Shown piece by piece: positions 1 to 11,895 of a stretch of 64,000 nucleotides of DNA (the first letter of the stretch is position 1; each line of letters begins with the position of its first letter). The notes under the pieces are model-generated. The model worked only from the letters and a program-made list of their open reading frames with translations, ran no database searches and had not been told where the DNA came from. Source of the DNA: Eledone cirrhosa (Eukaryota). Made by a program: the position numbers and the translations under genes. The stretch lies in contig OZ024746.1 of NCBI GenBank assembly GCA_964016885.1, forward strand, positions 24,614,001 through 24,678,000, written 5' to 3'.

Positions 1-506
1 TTGCAGAGAATGTGTATATGTTTGTGTGTGTGCGCGTGTGCGTGCATGCCCACGTGTGTGTGTGTGCTTTTGTGTATATGTATATATATATATGTGCGTG
101 TGTGCGTGCAAGTTTGTATGTGTGTGTATGTATTTCCCTGTCTCTATGTTCATGACCAGTAACTTAGCGGTTCGACAAAAATGACATCGATAAAATAAGT
201 ACTGGTGTGCATATGATGCACAAATAATTCAAGGAGGTGCTCCAGCGTGGACGCGGTCTAATAAGTAAAATCAGTAGACAAATAAAAGGGTAAACAAATA
301 TATGTTTGAAAATATGTGTTTATATATGTATATATATATATGTGTGTGTGTGCGTGTGTGTATGTGTTTGTATATATTGTGTGTGACTGAATGAAAATGT
401 ATAAGTGAGTGTCTATGCACGTACGCATGCATAAGTGTATATACTTATACGTATAAAATATATATATAAATATAAATTTATGTATCTACATGTATGTATG
501 TATATA

Positions 507-589
<83 letters not shown>

Positions 590-956
590 ATGCGGGTATT
601 TTTAGTGCAGCGCTTTAAGCAACTGCAGTACCGTTTCAATTTGAACTTTTGATATTTTTGATACGGGTCTGTTTAGGGCAAAAGTCTGCTTTTCAACACT
701 GAATAGATGAGGTCGTTGATAAGATGAAATAAATCAGCCATTGGGCTTTTTAACATATTCAATTTCCTCTGTATCAGTTTCAATTAATTAAATATAATAG
801 ACACACTCGATTTGATACTTAACTACAGCAAGGGATTCCATTATGTAACAACATGAAGTAAGCCATCTACTTAAACTCATACACACACTCACGCATGTAT
901 ATGTGTGAGTGAGAGTATGTGAGTTTGTGTGTGCGTATATGCGTGTATATACATAT

Positions 957-1046
<90 letters not shown>

Positions 1047-1076
1047 TATCTCGCTTGCTTTTCCAACTTTGAATAT

Positions 1077-1192
<116 letters not shown>

Positions 1193-1377
1193 TTACATTG
1201 CTTGATTCATTCATGTTACAAAATAGAATTATTTATATAGAGAGAGGGAGAGGGGGGGGGCAGATAGAAAGATATATGTTATATTTGTGCGCGTTTTGAA
1301 TGTGTCTATTTTACACGGGTACACACACACACGCACACACACACACACACACATATGTATGTATATTTATGTATATG

Positions 1378-1423
<46 letters not shown>

Positions 1424-1913
1424 ATATGTATAATATATATACATACATATATGCATACATACATACGTGCATACATATGTCCATATATGTACATACATAT
1501 ACTTCAATACGCATACGTATATGTTTATAAATATATTACTATATGCATATATACATATATATACATAGACATATGTATGTGGCGTGCGTGTGTGTGTGCG
1601 TGTGTGTGTGACAACAACTACATGCCCAAACCTTTAGTGATTCCTTCATATATACAAATGTGAACAATGTCAACACTGATCTCAAAGTGAAGCTACTAAT
1701 TCGGAGTAGAAACTCTGATATAGAAACGTTTCATACTGCAACTTGCACTGGAATCGATTTAATCGATTTTCCCCTCGCCCAAAATTGTTGGCCGTGTGCC
1801 TAAATCAGAAGCCAGCATGAGTTACCTTTGTTAAACTGTGTTTAAAGATGCTTCCCCTTAAATCTGCTCGCTTTTCTAATATAGTTTATAAACTTAAATG
1901 TTTTGCCTCTTAC

Positions 1914-1990
1914 ATACGAGGCTCAGCTGAAAACTTCATAGGCTGACTATGAAAGAGTAATGCTAGAGCTGTGAAATCTTGCATGCATTA
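1914..1990 (+). mobile_element. Truncated copy of the mariner-type MITE seen intact at 51081-51268
   Basis: tacgaggctcagctgaaaacttcataggctgactatg...gctagagctgtgaaatcttgcatgcatta aligns by eye to the left part of the 51.1-kb and 55.9-kb copies. Confidence 0.7.
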
Positions 1991-2824
1991 GAGGCATGAG
2001 AGACAGGGGCATAGTGAATTGTTGAAAAAGTTTTAGCATCTGACCTATTCTTTCTCTATTCTCCTATCCCACAGGACATAAGAGTTTAACAATTATACTA
2101 ACAATTGTATTCAGAATAAAGGCACTTATGAGCTCATATACAATGTTTTTATTGTTTTTCTTTTGTATATTACACATACATATAATTTCACTGTGGGTAA
2201 ACGTCCACTGAGGATGGGTTAATGATCCTGAAATACATTATACAGCGTTCTTATACGATTACTTCGGTTATACTTAAACATATTAAATATGGCTACATAT
2301 ACAAACAGAGACATATAACAGTTCACTGCTTCAGACTTATCTACTGCACTGCCAGCTAGTATCAGTAATTAGTAATTTCTGAGACATTTGTCACCTAAGT
2401 CGCCTCTCTTCTATCATCCATGTCTTCCTCTTTCGTGCTTTTTTTTCTGCAGAGTCATGTCAACAGATCCGTATGTATTGTATGAGAACGGCTGGTCAAT
2501 CATGCAATTCCACCCACGTGCCGTTTATCTTAAAACTAACTTCATGCTCTCTTCTATCTCTAGTCATGAGAAGTGTTCCTTTCTTTCATTCTCTCCGATG
2601 AACGACCATTACTCCAAACGTCTGATACGTTGAGACATTCTTTCTGCTTTTCTTACAAGGGTGAAATTAATGTCTTTGTGTAATTTTCTCTCCGTGTTTG
2701 TCTTTTTTTAATCTTGAACTATATATATATACATCCTGGAGAGGAGATGGGATCCACCAGGTTTTAAAATGCCCTAGAAACGCCGTATGTTAATACGGCG
2801 CCCTGCGAAACCCTCGGGAGTTAC

Positions 2825-2881
<57 letters not shown>

Positions 2882-2973
2882 ATAACTGGGGGAAAATAAC
2901 ACACGAGAACAATAAAATACAAGTCTAACGCTTTATATATTGTAGACGAGTCTTAACGTTTCGAAAATTATAT

Positions 2974-3209
2974 CAGGGGCGGTGGAAGCATTTCTAAATC
3001 GGGGGGCAAGTTTGGACAATTTAGTTGTAGTGATTAGTTTAGTTCTTTGCACTCTAAAGTGGTCAGAAAACTTCGATATGCGTGTAAACATAACATGAAC
3101 ATAAGTTGTAGCGCATATCCAAATAGATGTGTGCTTTGGTAGTTTGGGGAGAAAATATAATTATTGGAGGGATGCATACCCCCCCCCTCTCCCAGTTCAA
3201 CCACCACTG
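2974..3209. mobile_element. MITE-like element with imperfect CAG-starting terminal inverted repeats in a TA tract
   Basis: Left end CAGGGGCGGTGGAA; reverse complement of the right end CAGTGGTGGTTGAA; tatat on both flanks. Confidence 0.5.
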
Positions 3210-3354
3210 TATATATATAATTTTTAAAAAATTATACTCTTTGCCCTTTCCTAAGGGGTTAATATACCGAGCATCTTCGCATTTGGTAAGAAACTGGCAT
3301 TATATCCAATTTATTCATACTGTGCCGATTGTGTTGTTATTTCTATTTACCTTT

Positions 3355-3440
<86 letters not shown>

Positions 3441-3470
3441 CACGGGTGTGTATGATTGTGTATAGAAGAT

Positions 3471-3720
3471 TATATTAATATTAATAAGAGGAATTCCAAC
3501 TTTGTCTGATTTACTCGTTTTATTTACAATCCTTTAAAATTTATAATGGTATTATAATGAAATAGTATGATAGAATATTAAATTCTAAGTGTTAATTAAC
3601 ACTTAGAATTTAATATTCTATCATACTATTTCATTATAATACCATTATAAATTTTAAAGGATTGTAAATAAAACGAGTAAATCAGACAAAGTTGGAATTC
3701 CTCTTATTAATATTAATATA
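3471..3720. repeat. Perfect 250-bp loopless palindrome
   Basis: Centre gttaa|ttaac at 3595/3596; the 125-bp arms are exact reverse complements where checked. Confidence 0.95.
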
Positions 3721-4519
3721 TATATATATATATATTGATTTATTATGGCTATTGATGAGTTTGTTACTCTAACGTTTCAACTGCAAACTCACAAGATCAC
3801 CAGTCTTGTCTGGTGTGTACGCAGGTGAAATTCCAGCGCAACAAGGCTTAGCCATAATAAATGAATATTTAAACTCTACTAAGTTTTCATTCTTACGTCC
3901 GTCAATAATTCACGTACTCTAAGGTCTTGAATAATCGTCACCCAACTCTCTGGATATGTCACTAACTTGCGGAGCTTAAACGTTTTTCTCTGTCGTACAA
4001 TGCCAATAGGTAATTATGGTACAATGATAAAGATTGTACTGTTAGAGAATTATCTTCCTGATATTATTTAATTCTATCCCTCAAACTTGTGAATTCAAAT
4101 TTAACAAGTATTGTCTTCGTATTTTCATCTTTTGATAAATTAAGTACCAGTTTCATTCAGTCTTACTGTAACACCCTGTCATACAAAATCCAGTGCGGCC
4201 ATGCACCAATGTAAATATGATGTGAATATCAATTCCATTTGTTTCAATCACAATTTAAACTTATTTACATACAAGAAAACAGAAGGGCATCTAACTGGTC
4301 GTCCAGTATGCAAGAAACAGCAGCCAAATTTCCTTAAGAAATATTAATATTTAAGACTAAATTGGAAAATATACGTTTGATACATGGCACATGAAGAGAA
4401 AAAGAGAGGATGCCTATAGCTGGAACTATTTTAATCATAGGTCTTCCTAAATCGGGTTGACATTAAGCTAAAACAACAAAAACAAAAGCATATTTACATA
4501 AACTATTTGTAAAGTCATT

Positions 4520-6187
4520 TTAAAAAAGAAAAGAAATATATGTACCTTTATTTTGTTGCCACGATTTTATTATCTGATCTAACCAATCTTCAATGTCAGC
4601 TGGGATTTCTGCCGGACTATTTTCTCGCCAGTCCGGCGTTTCCCCCAATTCATTCCCAGTGAATTCCATACTTTCTGCTATATCCAAACTGTTCTCAGAA
4701 TTCTGGCCACTTTTCGACTCTTCATCATTCATACTTTCCGGACTATTCATATAGGATGGAAGAAAGGAATTTTCATGTAAACCAAAGTGTCTCATGCTAG
4801 ACCTGCAGTCGCCATTTTCTTTGTAGCTAATGTGGCTGATGCTAAAGTTTTTGAAAACATTACGGTGACAGATATTATTATTATTGTTGTTTTTATTGTT
4901 GTTGTTGTGGCTATCACCGAGAGTATGTTTTGAATCTGACGACATTTGATGCTGACAAGAGACTGAATGTTCACGTTTTACCATGTCTTCTGATGTAAAT
5001 AAAGGGGGCAATATCATTGATGCTGATGTTGATGATGGTGATGACGATATTGGTGATGATAATGATGATCGTGATAACGTTGACGACGACGACGACGACG
5101 GTGGCGGCAATGATGGTGAAGGAAAGGAAGCTGTTTTTGTTCTAAACCCGCTGTTGTTGCTGTTGTTATTTCTACAGTGAACTCGTTTACATAGGACGAA
5201 TTCATTCGAAATTTCATTTTTGATTACTGGCGAATTTGCTTTAACAGCATTGGCGGCGGCAACAGCATCATCATCAACAGCTGCAATGGACGAAGTTTGG
5301 ATGTTCAAAGGTGGTTCTGGAAGCTGGGCGTCAGAAACGGACGAAACACTGGCCATTTTGGATAGACTGGTTGTTAAAATATTTTCCAGTTCCTGTACAG
5401 ATAAATCCGGAAGATGGCGCCTTAGTGAAGGAAGTCTCATTTTCGATAAATGCTTTCGCTTTGTAGCAATCTCATCGAAAAACGTTTCCACCAGTTTTGG
5501 ATCTATAACCGGAAGTTCCACTGCACGTCGCGGTTGAAAATGCTGTTGCTGGCCAAAGCTACTGAATAGATTGATTTCATTACATAACGCCTGTACGTAA
5601 TCACTGCTGACATTACCACCATTTAATTTATTGTTATTCACCTCGCATTTGGAATTACTGTGGTTAGTATTACTGCTGCTGCTGTTATTACTACTACTAT
5701 TACAAACACCACCAGTAATGCTATTCAACACGCCATTGCTATTACTAGTTGTACTACAAGAAATATTACGATTTGATAAACCACAATTGTTTTCATTGTG
5801 CAAGTTACACAATTTTGGAGATTTCAACGGCGATTGCTGCTGCTGTTGATGATCTATATATTGCTGGGGATGAATGTTTTCGGCGAGAGGTGACTGGCGG
5901 AAGTTAGAACTGTCATTAACTGTTGACATTTTCCGTTTCTTCTTCAGCTGCGTTGTTAAAGACAATAAACCCGATGATGACGGAGATGAGGTAGAAGATG
6001 AAAGACCAGCTTCTGAGGATCCATTTCGTGACGTTAGATTTTCAACTAGTTTTTTCATGGTTGCTATCGTTGCCACTGGTGTCGTTGCTTCTGCTGTAAC
6101 CGACGTAGAAACTGTATTGGTTGCCTCGGTGGGTACTAACGTTTGTTTCTCTGCTTTCAGTTGGACTGTTTTCGTTTTTTTGCAAGG
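4520..6187 (-). CDS. ORF B: probable C-terminal continuation of the NPAS4-like protein in the +1 frame (or a separately initiated ORF from ATG 6058)
   Basis: 555 open codons with the same S/N/Q-rich composition as ORF A. Contains NLS-like LKKKRK and acidic amphipathic motifs ELPVIDPKLVETFFDEI, LPDLSVQELENIL and DIEDWLDQIIKSW. Possible splice donor AAG|gtacat at 4545. Confidence 0.75.
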   Translation of the reverse strand, partial: PCKKTKTVQLKAEKQTLVPTEATNTVSTSVTAEATTPVATIATMKKLVENLTSRNGSSEAGLSSSTSSPSSSGLLSLTTQLKKKRKMSTVNDSSNFRQSPLAENIHPQQYIDHQQQQQSPLKSPKLCNLHNENNCGLSNRNISCSTTSNSNGVLNSITGGVCNSSSNNSSSSNTNHSNSKCEVNNNKLNGGNVSSDYVQALCNEINLFSSFGQQQHFQPRRAVELPVIDPKLVETFFDEIATKRKHLSKMRLPSLRRHLPDLSVQELENILTTSLSKMASVSSVSDAQLPEPPLNIQTSSIAAVDDDAVAAANAVKANSPVIKNEISNEFVLCKRVHCRNNNSNNSGFRTKTASFPSPSLPPPSSSSSSTLSRSSLSSPISSSPSSTSASMILPPLFTSEDMVKREHSVSCQHQMSSDSKHTLGDSHNNNNKNNNNNNICHRNVFKNFSISHISYKENGDCRSSMRHFGLHENSFLPSYMNSPESMNDEESKSGQNSENSLDIAESMEFTGNELGETPDWRENSPAEIPADIEDWLDQIIKSWQQNKGTYISFLF

Positions 6188-7227
6188 TTAGATCTGGCGA
6201 TGAAGCGGGCGAAGGATCCGGAGTCAGTATGCCATCAGGAATAGCTGCTATTTCTATTGGTTTTGTGAAAGCTTCCTCTGTCGAAGACTGCCAATACGAG
6301 TAGTTGTAGTTAGTCAAAGTTTTAATGTCCAATTGCTTCAGTTGTTTACTCTGGCTGCCGGTCAATGCAGAGTTATGGTAATATATGGGAGCCAAACATT
6401 GGATTGGACCGTACATACAACTACTTGAGGAGAATTCTAAGCCGGGTGAAGGATCTCCATTGGAAGACGATAAAGATGTCATTGATGACGATGATGACGA
6501 TGATAGCAAAGTTGAAGGTGATGAAAAAGATGTATTAGAAGAATTGCTATTGTATGTATAACCACCTCCTCCGCCCCCGCTTCCGACTAACAATTGACCG
6601 GTATAACCTCCCGTGCCCCCGAGTGCATTAATGGCGGACAGATAAAGATGTCCGTCACTGTGACTGTTTTTATTGCTGAAACAAGGCGACATAAGCCGGC
6701 CTAGTTTACGTGGATTACACTCTTGCATAGACGAGTCCTGGTTGGTCGATTGTAGTTTTCTTTTCAGAGCCAACACACCAATGGACTGGCTTCTTTTGTT
6801 CTCACTGTTGTTATTACAATTGCTGCGGCCGTTGTTACCACCATTATTATTATTACTATTATTACTATTATTACTACTACTACTGCCACTACTGCTACTG
6901 CTGCAGCTGCTGCTGCTAACTGCATTATTAGAATTGTTTTTATTGCTCTCACTATGGCTGTTATTTGTGTTATGAATGTTATTGTTGCTGTTGTTTTGGT
7001 TTCCACTGTTGTTGTTACTATTAATACTGCTGCTGCTACTATTACTACTGCTACTGCTGCTGTTGTTATAGTTATTGCTTATGACATTGTTTGTGGGAAT
7101 GTGTGGCTGTGGTGACGACCTTTGTGGCTGTTGGTTCTGAAGCAGCTGATTCGTGGTCGCATTGCTGCTGCTGTTGTTATTATTATTGTTGTTGTTATTA
7201 TTCTTATTATTATTGCTGCTGTTATTT

Positions 7228-7275
<48 letters not shown>

Positions 7276-7715
7276 CTACTGCTACCGCTGTTGCTATTGA
7301 TGCTATTATGGCACCCTTTAGAGACGTTGTGGATATCATCAGTACAATTCGTTTTACTACTGTTAGTAGAAAGTCCTCCTGGATGTCTACCTGTGGTAGT
7401 AGTATTGTTTGGCATGGAATCTACAATACTACTAGTTGTCTCTTGGAAACAAGCAGAACTGCTGCTATTTACCACAGATTCTATTAAAGGTTGGGCTTGT
7501 AAAGATGATGATGGCGGTGGTGGCAATGCTAGTGGTGGCGGTGGAAGTAGTTGAGCAACGGAAGTGTTCACTTGATTCGTTAAATGTGATGGTAGTTGTT
7601 GTTGCTGCTGCTGCTGCTGTTGTTGTTGTTGTTGGACAGCAGAAGGGGCTGATGTTGATAAAGGTGGCGGAGGTTGTAATGTTGGTGGTGGAGGCAGTAA
7701 TGTCTGCAGCTGTGG

Positions 7716-7747
<32 letters not shown>

Positions 7748-7899
7748 GGGGTGGTGGCGGTGGTGGAAGTGGTGGTGGAGGCAGGGCGGGACCAGCCGAT
7801 TGCCCTGAATTGACGTAACCACATCCGGTTGGCGCCATTTTAGGATAAGCTTGTAAAGGAATTCCGTAAGGGGAAAGATGTTGCTGTTGTTGGTGTTGC

Positions 7900-7936
<37 letters not shown>

Positions 7937-8394
7937 GAAGATGATGGTGATGATGATGAGAATGTGGATGTGGATGGTGTGGTGGAATCTGTTGGTGGCT
8001 TGATTGTTGCTGGTGAAGATGCTGCTGATGTTGGTGATGTTGTTGCTGTTGATGATGGTGATGGTGTGAAGATTGATGTTGTTGTTGAGCTTGTTGCTGC
8101 TGCTGTTGTTGCTGCTGCTGCTGTTGCTGTTGGTGATGAGCATGTGACGGGTGAAGGTGGTGATGATGGTGATGGTGATGTCTGTCTATACTGAATGTCG
8201 TATACGCATGAGCCATGGGATCATCGTAGACAATCTGCTGCATGTGTGGTGTCAACAAGTCTTCCGGTTGTATGGAGGCTGCCATGGGGTAGTATGCAGC
8301 CCCGGGAGGGAGCATATCTATTGCAGGTACCTGTGTGGCGCAGGCCGAGGAATAGGCATAAGCTGGCCCTCTTAACTGACAAGCCTCGTCTTCA
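6042..8394 (-). CDS. NPAS4: Giant low-complexity exon, ORF A (poly-H/Q/P/N/S putative transactivation region), ending at TGA 6044-6042
   Basis: Acceptor tttttctttccag at 8396-8395 joins in phase 2 (N-EDEACQLRG...) and runs in frame into the listed 757-aa ORF. Confidence 0.85.
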
Positions 8395-8456
8395 CTGGAA
8401 AGAAAAAGACCAAAAAATACAGATTAGGCAAGGAATAGATAGAAATACATAGATAC

Positions 8457-8533
<77 letters not shown>

Positions 8534-8639
8534 AGAGAAGAAGAAGAAGAAGAAGAAGAAGAAGAAGAAGAAGAAGAAGAAGAAGAAGAAGAAGAAGAAG
8601 AAGAAGAAGAAAACATGTCTATCTTTGCTATTTTTTCTC

Positions 8640-8765
8640 CTTTCTGGTTTCACTAGAACATGTTTACTATCTACCATCTCCAAACAACATATTGCATACA
8701 ACACAGCTGTTCCGTTCAGCAGACAACTGGAACTCTCGTCGTCGAAACCGACGAAAGTCCAACAC
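8640..8765 (+). mobile_element. Dispersed repeat family (SINE or LINE 3' tail); further copies at about 19410-19725, 21400-21570 (-), 36050-36200, 48540-48660 and 50850-51010
   Basis: Shared blocks such as caactggaac.ctcgtcgtcg.aaccgacg and ctgtggaatgctcag are visible across these loci. Confidence 0.6.
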
Positions 8766-8999
8766 ACAGTACACATTAACCACTATGTGAAGTGAGCTAC
8801 ATGAGTGTAAAGTATGCTGGTCAAGCACACTGAGCACTTGCAATGTCAGCATCCGAATCGTTGTATCCTGACTTCAAGTAGTCTATCAACTTGACTAGCC
8901 ACGTTTTCATTGGGAGAAACAGATTTCTAGAAACTATTCTTTGGGAATAAAGTGCTGGATGAGATTGGAGAAATATTGATTTCTAATTTAATACAAGGC

Positions 9000-9225
9000 T
9001 AGCTTTGAGACTTCCCCCAGAGAGACTGGCGAACCAAGTACTTAAATGGAGCTCGCAGGGAAGCAACCCAAAATGAACTGGCGCCAGACAGTTGAGAGGG
9101 ACCTGCGAGCGACAAACAAACAATGGCGGGACGCTGTGCAACTGGTTGCTGACCGAACGCAATGGAACACTATGATTGCCTCATGCGTCGCAAGACGCGG
9201 GAGCTTCTGAGTCTGAGTCTGAGTA
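9000..9225 (+). mobile_element. Decayed RTE-like LINE 3' end
   Basis: Remnant reading ...LVADRTQWNTMIASCVARRGSF followed by a tandem (tgagtc)n tail, as expected of RTE 3' ends. Confidence 0.5.
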
Positions 9226-9486
9226 GCAACTTGGGGTAGGAGAAAAGTTGATTATATCAAGTTGAGTACTTGATTGATATTTTATTTTATCGATCCCGGA
9301 AACATAAAAGACAAAGTTGACCTCGGCGGGGTTTGAACTCAGAATATAAAGAGACAAAACATATATATAGCAGCATTATTTAATGCAACGCTCTACCAAC
9401 TTTACCAATCCACCACCATTCAGACTGAGAAAAATATATTAAAATGCCTTTCGTTTATAATGTTTCTTCCTTGACTTTATATAATA

Positions 9487-9878
9487 CTAGCAGTAAAGCC
9501 CGGCGTTGCTCGGGGTCGCTCAGTAGCTGTGTTAAAGTTACAATGTTGAGTTTCTTTTTTGGCTTAAAGTCTGTCTGCACGACTGTCTGACCTGCACGCC
9601 TAACGAAATTTACAGATACATATATTTTAAATAAAGACGCTCAATGTAAACAGAACAAAGGGAAATAACTCGTCACTTACGCTCAAAAATCGATACATTA
9701 GATTCGATTTCGTCACATAGGGTGGGTCAATTTGAAATATTTTTTTTCCAATGTCTTCGCTAGGGCTCAATGTACAAGTATAGCAATTTCGGTGCAATTC
9801 CGTCAGAGATTCTAAGAGGAGATGTGTGCCAAAAATCGATAGACAGACAGACAACCACAGCTTTATATATATAGAAGA
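9487..9878 (-). mobile_element. Non-autonomous Helitron
   Basis: On the minus strand: 5' TC, internal (TCTG)n, subterminal hairpin CCCGagcaacgcCGGG, 3' CTAG; inserted between A and T with no TSD. Confidence 0.75.
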
Positions 9879-10713
9879 TTGTAGAATTGACAGAAATAGC
9901 AGAGTCGTTCGAACGTCGGATACAAAGCTTGCAGTATTCGTTCTGGCTCTCTGCACTCAACTTTGCTTTCCATCTTTTCGATGTTGATAAACAAAGTACC
10001 AGTCTAGTACTAATGCTGATTCTTCAAGAATATCGCTTTAACACTTTATCTACTCTCTTTCTTTCTTTATCGCTCTTTCTCCCCCCCCCCCCCCTCTCTA
10101 TCCGACTTGGAGAATGGTGGACTCTGCTGTCAGGTTTAAAATGTCCAAGATATGCTATGTGTTAAGATGACGCCCCTACAGCTCTATTAATGGTTGGATT
10201 ACAATGTTTAAGGGTGTATATCTAAAAATAAATATATTTTTCGTTTATACCGATAAGATGGTTGACGTAGGTTGTTTTGCTCTTGGCATTTTCAATCTAC
10301 ACGATTTTGAGTTCAAATTTCACCGAGTCTATATTGTATTTCATTCTGCCATTGTTGATAACACAAACGAATCAGGTGCATGGACTGACACAATCGTTAA
10401 TGTATTTGAAAATATAATATACCTTACGGTATTTTTTCCGGCTCTTTATGTTCTGAGTTCAAATCCGACTCAACAGTGAAATCTCTATGTAGTCGCTCAA
10501 ACTACATGATATAGCAGTTAAATCTCCCTCAAATCATGGGAGAATTTCAAATAAGCGAGTAAATCACGCATCGAAAATACTGAATTTTGATTGGTTGATT
10601 GATTCGTAAAGGAGAAATTCTTTCTCTTCTTCCTCTGAATAGATCAACCAATCAAAATTCAACATTTCTTATATTATAATTTTTAATAAACCATATGTGA
10701 CATTTCATCTTAC

Positions 10714-10867
10714 TTGATTACTTGGTTGACACACACCACGACAGGATCGTCACTGTTGGCCAGCGCTTGTCTCACGTGCATCACCATGTTAACCCAGATA
10801 TGTTGGCCGTTGGCCATGAGCATGCGCACTGTAAGCATACAACCCATTTCATGGCGAGACTTGATTA
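10714..10867 (-). CDS. NPAS4: PAS-B/PAC exon
   Basis: ctttctttcag|(L)IKSRHEMGCMLTVRMLMANGQHIWVNMVMHVRQALANSDDPVVVCVNQVI|gtaaga; PAC motif R.....G..IWV; phase 1 in, phase 2 out. Confidence 0.9.
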
Positions 10868-10999
10868 CTGAAAGAAAGACACAAGGAAAGAAATAAAGCT
10901 AAAGATAAAATAATTAAGTTATTTTATACAAAGTCGGCCAAAAAATGTACATACACTTCAGGAAAAGAAACTTGTATAAATATTTAACTTGTTTAAATA

Positions 11000-11059
<60 letters not shown>

Positions 11060-11062
<3 letters not shown>

Positions 11063-11202
11063 CGAAGGAGGTGTGGTAAGGAACCAGATGGACCATAACG
11101 CACCAAAGTACTCAATACTTAGGGTAGTAGAGTGGGTAATAGGAAAATGTTTGACCCCGACGGCAGAGCTCAAGCCGTTTCGACAGCTATTTCTGGACAG
11201 TC
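11060..11202. mobile_element. Foldback repeat family C in (TA)n; other copies at 31029-31234, 37233-37318 and 42218-42335
   Basis: Shared ggtaaggaaccag.tggaccataacgcaccaaagtactcaatact and gaccccgacggc.gagctcaagccgtttcgac blocks in varying orientations, always between TA runs. Confidence 0.85.
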
Positions 11203-11209
11203 TATATAT

Positions 11210-11276
<67 letters not shown>

Positions 11277-11278
11277 CA

Positions 11279-11318
<40 letters not shown>

Positions 11319-11320
11319 CA

Positions 11321-11360
<40 letters not shown>

Positions 11361-11362
11361 CA

Positions 11363-11420
<58 letters not shown>

Positions 11421-11434
11421 CATACATATATAAT

Positions 11435-11478
<44 letters not shown>

Positions 11479-11488
11479 CATACATATA

Positions 11489-11562
<74 letters not shown>

Positions 11563-11585
11563 CATACATATATATATATATATAT

Positions 11586-11650
<65 letters not shown>

Positions 11651-11659
11651 CATATATAT

Positions 11660-11895
11660 AAAAGATGAATTTCCATGTTGAGATATCTTGATGCAAGAAA
11701 TCCCAGTAGAAGGAAGACGCAGTAGAGGAAGACGACGAAAAACATGGACGCAGGTGGTGAGAGCTGATCTCACATCGCTGAAGCTCGCAGAGGAGATGAC
11801 GAAGGACTGTGACGAAAGGAGAGATGCTGTGCTGAATAGGACTCGTCCCACCCTTGCAAGTAGGGAAAAGGCGGACGTAAAATGATGATAATAAT
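11660..11895 (+). mobile_element. RTE-clade LINE 3' fragment
   Basis: [25 protein letters not shown] matches the RTE C-terminal G.R.RGRP...W motif; short tga/taa repeat tail. Confidence 0.75.

Noticed and set aside
2735-2826. Hammerhead-like GAAA-hairpin in a TA tract
   Set aside because: Core reads CUGGAGA and the UH site is absent; too degenerate to call.
5916-6044. Stop readthrough of ORF A giving a hydrophobic tail
   Set aside because: Only about 41 codons, and the hydrophobicity is the out-of-frame reading of the poly-Ser of ORF B.
6091-6140. Micro-intron GTTAGT...TTACAG(CAG) that might join ORF A to ORF B
   Set aside because: 47 or 50 nt (3n+2); a 3n+1 length is needed, and it is very short.
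6174-6181. A AAA AAC as a classical -1 slippery heptamer
   Set aside because: The -1 frame meets TGA about six codons later; ORF B is in the +1 frame.
4983-8452. Plus-strand ORFs antisense to the giant exon
   Set aside because: Shadows of triplet-repeat coding sequence on the minus strand.
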